The notes under the pieces: model-generated
Seen by the model: only the letters and a program-made list of their open reading frames with translations
What the model was told of the DNA's origin: nothing
Databases searched by the model: none
Translations under genes and position numbers: made by a program
Part shown: positions 50,515 through 62,091 of the stretch, piece by piece
How the letters are laid out: the number at the start of each line of letters is the position of its first letter
How positions within the stretch are numbered: the stretch's first letter is position 1
Assembly: GCA_043228905.1 (NCBI GenBank)
Contig: JBHGNT010000005.1
Span: forward strand, 7,998,001-8,062,000
Source of the DNA: Azolla caroliniana
Taxonomy: Eukaryota; Plantae; Polypodiophyta
Reading direction: 5' to 3'
DNA: 64,000 nucleotides

Positions 50515-51566
50515 ACGCGCGGATCGTGAGGCGGAACCGCCAGGGTTCTGGACCCGAAGGATTCAAAGTCGGTACAAGCTTTGGCACAAGCTTTAGCGAG
50601 AAAGTACTTAAGATAGATTGGGAAAGAGAGAAGTTGAGATCACACGATTGAGAGAGATTGATTGAACTTTTAACTTTAGATTTAAGAAACAAGTTACACG
50701 ATCAATTTGATAACGAATTTCTTCCTCTTAATTTTCATAAAAGAAACGTGTTTTTTCTCCTCCCCCTTCCTTCTTTTATAGATGCTCTCATGCATATGAT
50801 GCATGTGAGGGTACAAGACATGCATAAATTGCATGTTTGCCATTTGGCGCTTATGTATTACATGTGGTGCATGATAACCATGTCACTCATTTTAGCTCTC
50901 ATGTATGAGAATTTACATGTAAAAGTACAATGATAGAAATATAATTTCAACTAAATAGCATGGCTTAATGGTAAGCCAATTGATTCCTAACTTGGAGGTA
51001 CAAGGTTTGAATCCTTACTTGCCCTCCTTGTATATGTATATATATTTATTTATCTAGTCGCCGGACGCCGGTTCGTCTGATGTCATCGGTTACCGGTGCC
51101 GGATTGCCGTCGGATGCCGATGTCTCACTGGCGCCGGATGTCGTCGGATCACCGTCACCGGATTGCCGTCGGATCACCGGCTCCATCGTCGGTCCGGTTT
51201 TGGTTGGCCAAAACCCTTTACGAGTAGCTAGCCCACCTCCACTCTTAGTTCAAGTTACCTTGACCTCTCTATGCTCCACACATAGACACAAAGATAATAT
51301 CTTTTGCTCCACCTTATATATGATGAGAGCCGTATTTGTCGTGCCTATGTGGGATATCTCACAATTTTTCTCTTTTCCTTTCACAAACTTTATACCCTCA
51401 TATCTTGACATTTAGTTGTCCGTTTCTCGTGTAATAAAGTGCATTCGAAACCTCCATCATTTTGTACTTTAAAATGTTATCTTCACAATTATTGTATTAT
51501 GTGATTTATACTCGATTTTGTACGTTTTATGGGATTTTCACACTATTGCCGAAAATCTTCACGACA
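50515..51566 (-). mobile_element. Truncated LTR-like sequence ending CACGACA
   Basis: Gypsy-type terminus at 51566; minus-strand TATA ~50775; CCGG-rich short repeats at 51055-51200; joins the LINE to the old copia without a TSD. Confidence 0.5.
50957..51022 (+). other. tRNA-derived relic (Pol III A and B boxes)
   Basis: TGGCTTAATGG (A box), TTCCTAA loop and GGTTTGAATCC (B box) at tRNA spacing; stems do not pair well. Confidence 0.5.
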
Positions 51567-54078
51567 GCATTCTTCGTGAGGTGGATGGCATTTTTACTAT
51601 CGAAGTAGAGCCGGAACTCCTCTTGCCGGATTCCTAACTCTTCGATGAAGTACTTCATCCAGATTACCTCTTTTCTAGCTTCTACAACCGTTATGTACTC
51701 CGCTTCCATTGTCGATAGTGCAACGGACTTCTACAGCCTATACTGCCACGATACGGTTCCCCCTGCACATGTCATAACATATCCGAACGTTGACCGGTTG
51801 GTATCCGCATCAGACAACATATCTGAATCCGTGAATCCTTCCAACAAAGGTTTACTAGAGCCGAATCCGAGACACATACTCGAGGTGCCTTTCAGGTACC
51901 GGAGTATCCACTTGACCGTGGTCTAGTGTTCTCTTCCTGGATTGCTCATGAACCAGCTGACCACTCCAACAGCATATCTGATATCCGGCCAGGTACACAC
52001 CATTGCATGCATTAAGCTTCTAACGGCAGAGGCATAGGGTATCTTCATCATTTCCAACTTATCTGCCTTTGTCTTTGGACTTTGTTTTCGAGACAACTTG
52101 TAATTTTTTGGAAGTGTCGACCTGACCAACTTAGCATCCGACATGTTGAACCTTTGAAGCACCTTTGTCACATACTTTTCTTGTGACAGTCACAACTGCT
52201 TCTTCGATCAGTCCCGGATTATGTGCATCCCTAGGATCTTTCTTGCCGGACCCAGATCTTTCATTGAGAAGGTTTGGCTCAAGGCTTTCTTCAGATTTCC
52301 AAATTTGGTTCAATTTGGTCTGACGATCAACATGTCGTCCACATATAGTTGGAGTATCAGGAAATCGCCTTCGTCGAAATTCTTCACAAACACGCAGTGG
52401 TCGACCTGCGTCTTGTGGTATCCTTGGTCGGTCATGAAGGAATCGAACTTCCGATACTATTGTCGGGGAACATGCTTCAGTCTGTATAACCTCTTCTTCA
52501 ACCGGCACACCGGGTGCTCCTTCCCTTTCTGGACATACCCTTCCAGTTGTTGCATGTAGATCTCTTCTTCGAGGTCGCCACGTAAGAACGTCGTCTTGAC
52601 ATCTAGTTTCTCTAACTTGAGGTTCATGCTTGCCGCTATGGATGTCATCTTCACTACCAGGGCAAAGATCTCATCGAAATCCACTCCTTTCTTCTGTTGG
52701 AAACCCTTCACCACAATGCGGGACTTATACCTTTGTGGATTTCCGGAGTCTCCCGGTTTAAGCTTGTACACCCACTTGTTCCAAAGTGCTCTCTTTCCTT
52801 TCGACAGGTCTGTCAATTCATATGTGTGGTTCTCATGCAGGAAATCCATCTCATCCTGCATGGCACTTAACCACTTGCGGCAATGGGTGTCTCTCTTGGC
52901 TTCTTCGAAGCTTTCCGGCTCCCCCTCATCGGTCAACAACACATGCTCTGCATCCGGAAATCTCCTGGGGGCTCTTCTCTCCCTGAGAGGATATCTTCTT
53001 CCCTAGTTCTCAATCCCCGATTCCTCTGTTTCTTCTTCACCCGAATCTAACTCAGGGTCTTGTCAGATTCCAGTGTCCATATCTTCTTCTTCTTCTTCTT
53101 CGTCGGTTGGTTCAGTTTCTTATCTGACTCCAGCCGGTTCTTCGAGTGTCATTCGGCTTCCGGCCGAATGGGTCCTTGTGTCTTTTGACCGATTTCTATC
53201 GGTCGACCCAGAGTTCGTTGTCTTCTTCCCCGACTCCCAGTCGGATATTGTCTTGTCTTCCATGAAGACTATGTCTCGACTCCGGAAAACCTTCTGTCGA
53301 CCAAGTCCCAGACTTGGTAGTCGAACTCATCATTGCCGTATCCAAGGAATATACATGGGCGGGACTTCGGATCCAATTTTGCTCTCTTGTCCTTTGCCAC
53401 AAGCACGTAGGCAAGGTAGTCGTACACCTTCAGATTCCGGTAAGACACATCTTTACTGGTCCATACTCTCTGTGTGTCTCCGTCCAAGGGCGCTGAGGGT
53501 GATCTGTTTATCACATAGGTCGTTGTCATCATCGCCTCAACCCAAAATGTCTTGGAAAACTTAGCATATACAAGCATGCTCCAGACTCTCTCCATCACGG
53601 TCCGGTTCATCCTTTCGGCCAATTCGTTCAGCTCCGGTGTCTTCGGCACGGTAAATTTGAGCCGGATTCCCTTCGACCGACAGTACTCCTCGAACTACCC
53701 TTGGTATTCGCCTCCGTTGTCCGCTCAAACCGCCTTCAGCGTCCGACGGATTTCTGTTTCCACTCTCGCGTGGAATTCCTTGAAGAAGGATAATACCCAG
53801 TCCTTCGTCTTCAGCGGTCAGACCCACAGCTTCCTGCTGTGATTGTCTATGAACGTCAGGAAGTACTGTGATCCAGCATGTGACTTCGTTTCCACTTGGC
53901 ATACATCAGTATGCACAAGTTCCAAGCGGTGCATTCCTCCTTGACGGTGGTCTCGATCGGAAAGGGGTTCAGTTCTGCTTGTCGACCGAACCCGTGGGCC
54001 TCCTCGTTGACTTCGACCTCGTCCCCGGTTTGTCCTAGTTTTGGGGACTCTGATTCTGGTCTCTTCCCTAGTTATGGT

Positions 54079-57000
54079 TGTTGGGATTTACGGTCCCTCC
54101 GGATGGGATGTCCGGAGATGAATGACGGCAAGCCCGGTTGCGGTTACGGAGCCGGACGACGAAGACCCGGCTACGGAGCCGGATGATGAAGACCCCGGTT
54201 ACGGAGCCGGATGATGAATGTACCCGGAGAGAGATCCGGATGCGGGGACATATTTGTGAATATGTTTGCCAAGGGCCCTTGTGGCTATATTTGTAAATAG
54301 CCGGAAAGTCATATGTGTATAAATATGACTTAGGGCAAACAGTTTTATGTTGCTACTCATTTTTCTGTTTTTCCACTTAGAGAGAGTGAAGAGAGCAGCC
54401 GAGAGAGAGAGAGAGAGAGAGAGAGACGAAGAGGTCGTTGCCTCTGTGTATTACCGCCGCCTGTGGCGAAGACAGTGAGCTCAAGGTTGTTGCCTTGAAG
54501 CTTCACCATTGTACATCTCTGTTCATAGTGATAGTTGGAGTTTGAGGACTCCCGTGGTTTTTTTTTCCCTTATAGGGTTTTCCACGTTAATCCCTGTGTT
54601 ATCGTGTCTTTCTCTGTGTTTCCTATTTTCTGCTGCATTGATTCGTGATTTCTCGGTTGTGGCCGAACGGTGAAGGTGAATCGGAGCGTTGATTCACGAC
54701 AAAGTGGTATCAGAGCGACGGTAACACAGAAAATGGAAGGCGGCAGCAGCGGGCAGCCGGGGATGATGGTGCTGAATGCGCAGAACTACGCCGACTGGAA
54801 GATCAAGATGGAAGATCTTCTGATTGTTCGGGACCTGTACGAACCGATTGACAGGTCGGAAATACCGAAGGGAGTACTTGAGTCGGAATGGAGGCTTCTG
54901 AACCGGAAAGCCGTTGCAACCATCCGGCAATACGTCGACGTGAGCGTTCTACAGCATGTAGCGAACGACACCAACGCATACGAGATGTGGCAGAAGCTGT
55001 CGGGCCTCTACGAGAGGAAGAATGCGTTGAACCGGACCTCCCTGATGAGGAAGATAGTGAACCTCAAGTACCGGGACGGCGAGAGCATGGTGGAACACGT
55101 AAGCACGTTCATGGGATTCGTGAACCAGCTTGCGGCAATCAAGTTCCCGCTGGAGGATGCAATGCAAGCCATCATTCTGATGTGTACATTGCCGGAAAGC
55201 TGGGAGAACTTGGTGGTGACTCTCAGCACCTCCTGCACCGAAGATAACTTGTCTCTACAAACGGTAAAGACAAGTATTTTGAACGAAGAAGCGCGTCGGA
55301 GAGATAAAGAACCGGCCTCCGACCCGAAGGCGCTGCTTACCGAATCGGATCGGGGAAGACAATGGAACCGGAGTCCGCAAAGACGGGAGAAGTCGGGGAC
55401 CCGGTCGCAGTCAAGAGGAAGGCCCACATGCTTCCACTGTGGGAAGCCGGGGCACTTCCGGAAGAATTGTCGGCATTACCGAAAAGACAACGGAGCCGAC
55501 GACACCGATTCGAAGAAGTCACCGGAGAGAAACGGTGCATACCGGGGAGCCACGGACCGGAGAGGTCCGGATCGGCGAGGGCAGGACCGGAAAGGAACGA
55601 CGGCACTCGCGGCAAGTGAAGAAGAAATAATGCTCATTACCAAAGAGAGGGAGCTGAACCTTGCCGGTGAAGAGATGACCTGGGTGGTCGATTCCGGAGC
55701 GTCGTTCCACCTGACCCCGGAGAAGAAATACTTCTCATCCTACATAGCCGGTGAGCACGGCTGTGTCCGGATGGGAAATGAAGGTACGTGCCGGATTGCC
55801 GGCATAGGAGACGTGTGGCTGATGACATCAACCGGATGCAAGATGCTGCTGAAGGATGTTCGACACGTTCCGGAGGTTCGATTGAACCTGATTTCGGCCG
55901 GGAGGCTAGACGATGAAGGCTACACGGGTAGCATCCGGAACGGTGTCATGAAGTTCAGCAAGGGGAGCCTGATAGTGGCTCGGGCCCGGAAGGTCAACAC
56001 ACTGTACCTGATGAATTCCCGGCTATGTCCGGAGGAGTTGAATGTGGCAGCCGACACTGCCGGTGAGCTGTGGCACAAGAGACTGTGCCACATGAGTGAG
56101 AAGGGGATGAAGAGGCTTGCAGAAGACAACCTTATTCCAGTGAAGCATGTGCACCTGGAGAAGTGCACCGACTGTCTGGCCGGTAAGCAAAACCGGACCT
56201 CCTTCCACTCAAGGCCACCGACGAGACGTAGCGCACCATTGGAGCTGGTGCACACCGACGTGTGTCAAGTAGAAACGAAGTCACATGGCGGAGCCCAGTA
56301 CTTCGTGACATTCATAGATGACCATAGCCGGAAGCTGTGGACGGCACCGTTGAAGACAAAGGACCAAGTATTGTCCGTCTTCAAAGAACTCCACGCGAGA
56401 GTGGAAAGAGAATCCGGCAAGAAGCTGAAAGCGATACGAGCGGATAACGGAGGAGAATACCGAGGGCAATTTGAGGAGTATTGCCGTTCGATGGGGATCC
56501 GGCTCGAGTTTACCGTGCCGAAGACGCCGGAACTGAACGGGCTGGCCGAGAGGATGAACCGGACCATAATGGAGAGGGTCCGGAGTATGCTGGCGCATGC
56601 AAAATTACCCAAGGGGTTTTGGGCTGAGGCAATGTCGACGGCGACATACGTGATAAACAGATCACCCTCAGTACCTTTGGACGGAGACACGCCGCAGAAA
56701 GTGTGGACCGGTAAGGAAGTGTCCTACCGGCACCTGAAGGTGTTCGGGTGTCTCGCATACGTGCATGTGGCAAAGGACCGGAGAGGAAAGCTAGATCCAA
56801 AGACCCGTCCATGCATATTCCTCGGTTACGGCGACGATGAGTTCGGCTACCGAGTATGGGACCCGGTCGACAAGAAGATATTCAGGAGTCGAGATATCAT
56901 CTTCATGGAGGACAAGACACTCGCCGACTGGGAGTCGGAGAAGAAGATGAAGAGCTCCAAGTCGACCGGTGAGGATCAACTCTACGAGGAGCAGTCCCGA

Positions 57001-59136
57001 CCGGCAAGGGACCGGTTAGCACTCGAGGATCCGGCCGAAGACGGTGAAGAAACAGAACCGGCCGAAGAAGATGAAAATGATACCGGAATCGGCCCCGATC
57101 CCGAAATGGATTCAGATGAAGAAGAATCGGAAGAACCGGTTACCGAAGCCCCGGAACGGAGATATCCTCTAAGAGAGAGAAGGGCCCCCCGGAGATTTCC
57201 GGAACCAGAGCACGTGCTGCTAACCGACGAGGGGGAGCCGGAGAATTTTGAAGAAGCAGAGCTTGACACACATAGCCGCAGGTGGTTAAGTGCCATGCAG
57301 GAGGAGATGGATTCCCTGCATGAGAACCACACATATGAACTTGTGGAGTTGCCGAAAGGAAAGCGGGCACTTCGAAACAAGTGGGTGTTCAAGCTGAAAC
57401 CGGGAGATGCCGGAAACCCCCCGAGATACAAAGCCAGGATCGTGGTGAAGGGGTTCCAGCAGAAGAAGGGCGTCGACTTCGACGAGATATTTGCCCCGGT
57501 AGTGAAGATGACCTCCATCCGGACGGTGCTGAGCATAGCGGCAAGCACGGACCTCGAGGTAGAACAGATGGACGTGAAGACGGCATTCCTTCACGGTGAC
57601 CTCGAAGAAGAGATCTACATGCAGCAACCGGAAGGATTCGAGAAGAAAGGAAAGGAGCACCTGGTATGCCGGTTGAAGAAGAGCCTCTACGGTCTGAAGC
57701 AGGCTCCCCGGCAATGGTACCGGAAGTTCGACTCTTTCATGACCGACGAAGGGTACCACAAAACGCAGACCGATCACTGCGTGTTTGTGAAGAAGTTCGA
57801 AGGAGGAGACTTTCTAATACTCCTCCTGTACGTGGACGACATGTTGATCGTCGGACGAGACCAGGTCAAGATACGGATGCTGAAAAGGGCTCTTCACCGA
57901 ACCTTCTCAATGAAGGACCTGGGTCCGGCGAGGCAAATACTAGGGATGCACATCATCCGGGACCGGAAGAAGAAGCAGTTGTGGTTGTCACAGGAGAAGT
58001 ACGTGACAAAGGTGCTTCACCGGTTCAACATGTCGGAAGCAAGGCCGGTCGGATCGACCCTCCCGGCAAACTGCAAGTTGTCCAGGAAGCAAAGCCCCAA
58101 GACAAAGGCTGAGAAGGAGGACATGATGAAAGTACCATATGCCTCTGCCGTCGGGAGCTTGATGTACGCGATGGTGTGTACCCGACCGGACATAGGATAT
58201 GCAGTCGGAGTGGTGAGCCGGTACATGAGCAATCCCGGCAAAGAGCACTGGAACGCGGTCAAGTGGATACTTCGATACCTGAAGGGCACGGCAAACATGT
58301 GCCTCCGATTCGGCTCCGGTAAGCCCGAACTCGATGGATTTACCGATTCGGATATGTCGGCTGATGCAGATACCAGCCGGTCCACATCAGGGTATGTGAT
58401 GACGTATGCAGGGGGAGCTGTTTCATGGCAGTCGAGGCTGCAGAAGACGGTTGCACTGTCAACCACGGAGCCGGAGTACATGGCAGCTGTTGAAGCCGGC
58501 AAGGAAATAATATGGATGAAGGACTTCATTAGAGAGCTCGGTATCCGGCAGGAGGAGTACCGACTCTACTGCGACAGTCAGAGTGCCATCCACCTTGCGA
58601 AGAACGCGGCCTATCACTCCCGGACGAAGCACATCCAGCGAAGATATCACTGGATCCGGGAAAGGATAGAAGACAAGGAGTTCGTGCTGACGAAGATCCA
58701 CACGGACGAGAACAGGTCGGATATGCTGACTAAGGTACTTACACCCGACAAGCTGGAAGCATGCCGGAAGAGGATCGGATTGGAGAGACATCCCATGCCG
58801 AAGTGAAGGGGGAGTTTGTTGGGATTTACGGTCCCTCCGGATGGGATGTCCGGAGATGAATGACGGCAAGCCCGGTTGCGGTTACGGAGCCGGACGACGA
58901 AGACCCGGCTACGGAGCCGGATGATGAAGACCCCGGTTACGGAGCCGGATGATGAATGTACCCGGAGAGAGATCCGGATGCGGGGACATATTTGTGAATA
59001 TGTTTGCCAAGGGCCCTTGTGGCTATATTTGTAAATAGCCGGAAAGTCATATGTGTATAAATATGACTTAGGGCAAACAGTTTTATGTTGCTACTCATTT
59101 TTCTGTTTTTCCACTTAGAGAGAGTGAAGAGAGCAG

Positions 59137-59167
<31 letters not shown>

Positions 59168-59442
59168 GAAGAGGTCGTTGCCTCTGTGTATTACCGCCGC
59201 CTGTGGCGAAGACAGTGAGCTCAAGGTTGTTGCCTTGAAGCTTCACCATTGTACATCTCTGTTCATAGTGATAGTTGGAGTTTGAGGACTCCCGTGGTTT
59301 TTTTTTTCCCTTATAGGGTTTTCCACGTTAATCCCTGTGTTATCGTGTCTTTCTCTGTGTTTCCTATTTTCTGCTGCATTGATTCGTGATTTCTCGGTTG
59401 TGGCCGAACGGTGAAGGTGAATCGGAGCGTTGATTCACGACA
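54079..59442 (+). mobile_element. Young, intact Ty1/copia LTR retrotransposon
   Basis: LTRs 54079-54701 and 58817-59442 differ by eye only in GA and T run length. TSD ATGGT; PBS-Met TGGTATCAGAGC 54705-54716; PPT GAAGGGGGAG 58805-58814. Confidence 0.98.
54733..58806 (+). CDS. Copia Gag-Pol polyprotein (~1357 aa)
   Basis: Single uninterrupted ORF: CFHCGKPGHFRKNC, WVVDSGASFH, WHKRLCH, integrase D-D-E, RT YVDD, RNase H. First ATG after the PBS is at 54733. Confidence 0.96.
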   Translation: MEGGSSGQPGMMVLNAQNYADWKIKMEDLLIVRDLYEPIDRSEIPKGVLESEWRLLNRKAVATIRQYVDVSVLQHVANDTNAYEMWQKLSGLYERKNALNRTSLMRKIVNLKYRDGESMVEHVSTFMGFVNQLAAIKFPLEDAMQAIILMCTLPESWENLVVTLSTSCTEDNLSLQTVKTSILNEEARRRDKEPASDPKALLTESDRGRQWNRSPQRREKSGTRSQSRGRPTCFHCGKPGHFRKNCRHYRKDNGADDTDSKKSPERNGAYRGATDRRGPDRRGQDRKGTTALAASEEEIMLITKERELNLAGEEMTWVVDSGASFHLTPEKKYFSSYIAGEHGCVRMGNEGTCRIAGIGDVWLMTSTGCKMLLKDVRHVPEVRLNLISAGRLDDEGYTGSIRNGVMKFSKGSLIVARARKVNTLYLMNSRLCPEELNVAADTAGELWHKRLCHMSEKGMKRLAEDNLIPVKHVHLEKCTDCLAGKQNRTSFHSRPPTRRSAPLELVHTDVCQVETKSHGGAQYFVTFIDDHSRKLWTAPLKTKDQVLSVFKELHARVERESGKKLKAIRADNGGEYRGQFEEYCRSMGIRLEFTVPKTPELNGLAERMNRTIMERVRSMLAHAKLPKGFWAEAMSTATYVINRSPSVPLDGDTPQKVWTGKEVSYRHLKVFGCLAYVHVAKDRRGKLDPKTRPCIFLGYGDDEFGYRVWDPVDKKIFRSRDIIFMEDKTLADWESEKKMKSSKSTGEDQLYEEQSRPARDRLALEDPAEDGEETEPAEEDENDTGIGPDPEMDSDEEESEEPVTEAPERRYPLRERRAPRRFPEPEHVLLTDEGEPENFEEAELDTHSRRWLSAMQEEMDSLHENHTYELVELPKGKRALRNKWVFKLKPGDAGNPPRYKARIVVKGFQQKKGVDFDEIFAPVVKMTSIRTVLSIAASTDLEVEQMDVKTAFLHGDLEEEIYMQQPEGFEKKGKEHLVCRLKKSLYGLKQAPRQWYRKFDSFMTDEGYHKTQTDHCVFVKKFEGGDFLILLLYVDDMLIVGRDQVKIRMLKRALHRTFSMKDLGPARQILGMHIIRDRKKKQLWLSQEKYVTKVLHRFNMSEARPVGSTLPANCKLSRKQSPKTKAEKEDMMKVPYASAVGSLMYAMVCTRPDIGYAVGVVSRYMSNPGKEHWNAVKWILRYLKGTANMCLRFGSGKPELDGFTDSDMSADADTSRSTSGYVMTYAGGAVSWQSRLQKTVALSTTEPEYMAAVEAGKEIIWMKDFIRELGIRQEEYRLYCDSQSAIHLAKNAAYHSRTKHIQRRYHWIRERIEDKEFVLTKIHTDENRSDMLTKVLTPDKLEACRKRIGLERHPMPK

Positions 59443-59953
59443 ATGGTCATCTTCCATGACCAAGGCCTTCGGATCGGTTCCAAACTCTTGTTCCTTACGG
59501 CGAGCTTCTTCATCCAACAAGCTTGATTTTACCCTTGCCAAGGACAAATGTTCTCTTTCCAGCCCCGACGTTGCCCAAAGTGACAACTAGCATCTCCCAA
59601 CTATCCAGGAGGAAACCGAGCAAGAGCAACGCAAGTACCTCGTCGGCTAGAGGTACTTCCAGTGAGGTTGTTTGATTTATGAGCCCCTGGAATGCATTCA
59701 TGTGCTCCGCCATGCTGGATCCGTCTTGGTACCAGAGTCTCACTAACTTCTGGAATACCGAAACCCGATTTATAGCGTTCTTGCTCTCCAGCATGGTGCC
59801 GATTTTCTCCCAGAGCACATGTGCCTTACTTTCTTCATGAACATTGTTGTATAGGCTCATGTCGATGAAGCACCGGATGTATGCCGTCATCTTTATGTGC
59901 ATCACCTCCCACGTCGTGGCATCAATCTTGTTTGGTTTCTTGTCCCCAAACTG

Positions 59954-60710
59954 TGTTGGGAGACAGGTCCCTCCTGATGGGAAGGGAGAAGAACAGCGCT
60001 GATGAGCAAACTCTATCGGCCTCGACCGAAACCGGATGAGGAGTACCCGGCTACGGAGAGCCGGATGGTGCAAACCCGGTGAGAACCGGATGAGGAGTAC
60101 CCAGCTACGGAGAGCCGAATGGTGCAGACCCGGTGAGAACCAAATGAGGGGTACCCGGCTACGGAAAGTCGGATGGTGCAGACCCGGTGAGAACCGGATG
60201 AGGAGTACCCGGCTACGGAGAGCCGGATGGTGCAGACCCGGTGAGGAGTGCTCACCGAATGAAGAGACATATTCGTAAATATGTTTTCTGAGAGTCCATC
60301 GGGGCTATATTTGTAAATAGACGGAAAGTCATATTAGTATAAATATGACTTAGGGCAAACTTATGGTAGGGTTGTTATTCTTGTTTGCGCAAGATCAGAG
60401 TGTGTAATTGTGTACAGAGAGAGAGAGAGAGAGAGGAAGAGGTTGTTGCCTCTGTTGTAACCACCGCCTGTGGCGAAGATAAAAAGCTCGAGGTTGTTGC
60501 CTCGGTGCTTTACTGTTGTACACTGTAACATAGTGATAGTTTGCAGTTTGTGGGCTACCGTGGTTTTTTTCCCTAGTTTGGGTTTCCAAGTAAACATCGT
60601 GTGTACTCTTCTCTCACTTTGTGTCGTGCATTCATTCCCATTTTCTGTGTTTGATTCTAAGCTCGGTTGTGGCCGAGCGTTGTTCATAGGGGAGCGTATA
60701 GTTCCTGTCA
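59954..60710 (+). mobile_element. Copia solo LTR (757 bp) with a 54-bp U3 repeat
   Basis: TGTTGG..CTGTCA; perfect TSD AACTG; ~4 repeat units; same family as 27296-28105. Confidence 0.93.
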
Positions 60711-61331
60711 AACTGTACCAGCACCCAGAGATCTTTGACCACGAGCATGTCCCTCATCTTCGACTTCCACACTGGATAGTTGGAGCCGGTGAGCTTGAAC
60801 ATGCTTCCGAATGAATATTCCATCTATTGTTCGCTCCGATACCAGATTGTGAGGAAATGGTGCTCGGTCACAACCGAGTCTTAAACACTCAATGGAAGGA
60901 AACAAGAAATAGAAATAAGATAGACACAAGATGTTAACGTGGAATACCCTAATAGGGAAAAACCACGGGAGCCCACAAACTCCAACCATAACTATAAGAA
61001 GAGGATACAATGCGAGACTCAGAGGCAACGACCTTGAGCCCTATGTCTTCGCCAATTGGCGGTTACAACAAAAAACTCTCTATATCTCGCACTCTCTCTC
61101 GCAAGCTCTCTCTTTGTCTATACAACAATAATAATAACTAACATCATACAACTCTTCAACTCTGCACACACAAGTGATTGCCCTAAGTCATATTTATACT
61201 TATATGACTTTAGGACTATTTACAAATATGGTCATGATAGGCACTCTAGAAACATATTTACAAATATGTCCTCGGATCCGGTTCACACCGGATTCATCCA
61301 GATCCCATCCGAAGGGACCGAATTCCCAACA

Positions 61332-62050
61332 ATAAGGTCACATTGGAAGTTGTGGGTGTTGGCTAAACAACCTTTGTTCATATTAGATTGGGACCCATGC
61401 AATTATAAATGGACAGATCCATTTACTAGTAACAACTTTGAAATTTTCAAGTATTTTGTACAATTGAGAAGACATGTGTTTTCGGATAGAGGGTATACGT
61501 TACCAACTGCATTTTAATAAGGGAGTCAGCAAGGTATTACTCCGAATTTCCTTGCTAAGTTCAAGGTTAAACTATGGGCAAGAAAACAACCATAACAAAT
61601 ACTACATGTTCAATGGTTACTTGTACATCAAGCCTTGCTTGTTGACACATGATTGCGTAAGATGGGCATATCCTCTAGTTGTGCTCGATGCCATTTACAA
61701 GCTGAAACTCAATAACATTGTTTATGGGACTGCGTTGAGTCTCAACTAGTATGGCAATGCCTCAGAATATTTGCTAACCACTTTCCCCCATCGGTTTTCA
61801 CATGGGGCATGGTGCTTTGGACGTCATTTGTCCGCTCTACTTTCCATTACGATGCCGAATCTATGCCAAATCTAACAATGATTGTGCTCTTCCATTAGTG
61901 TCTTTGTAGTTTCTAGGGATAAGGAAGGAAATCTAACCATTATGGGAGATACTGAGTTGTACTATTGCATATTACATCTGGAAGGCTCAGTGCTCTCTCG
62001 TTTTTCATCAAGTTAAAGACTCACCAACTGATTTGGTTAAAAGTATTTGG
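61332..62050 (+). mobile_element. L1-like LINE ORF2, fragment 3 (C-terminal zinc knuckle)
   Basis: LDWDPCNYKW and CARCHLQAETQ*HCLWDCVESQLVW (CCHC zf-RVT motif). Confidence 0.7.
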
Positions 62051-62091
62051 TTGGATATGATTCTTACTTTGAGGGGTCAATGGGATTGTAT

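Larger units (their letters stand above)
51567..61331 (-). mobile_element. Older decayed Ty1/copia element (3' truncated), host of the young copia and a solo LTR
   Basis: 5' LTR 60848-61331; decayed PBS-Met 60833-60844; gag from 60823 (MEYSFGSMFKLTGSNYPVWKSKM); integrase, RT and RNase H fragments at 51567-53930 closely related to the nested element. Confidence 0.9.

Noticed and set aside
50957-51022. Functional tRNA-Arg gene
   Set aside because: Acceptor and anticodon stems do not pair; kept only as a tRNA-derived relic.
54670-54732. ORF-track start of the 1378-aa polyprotein
   Set aside because: Non-ATG start inside the LTR/PBS; the first ATG after the PBS is 54733.
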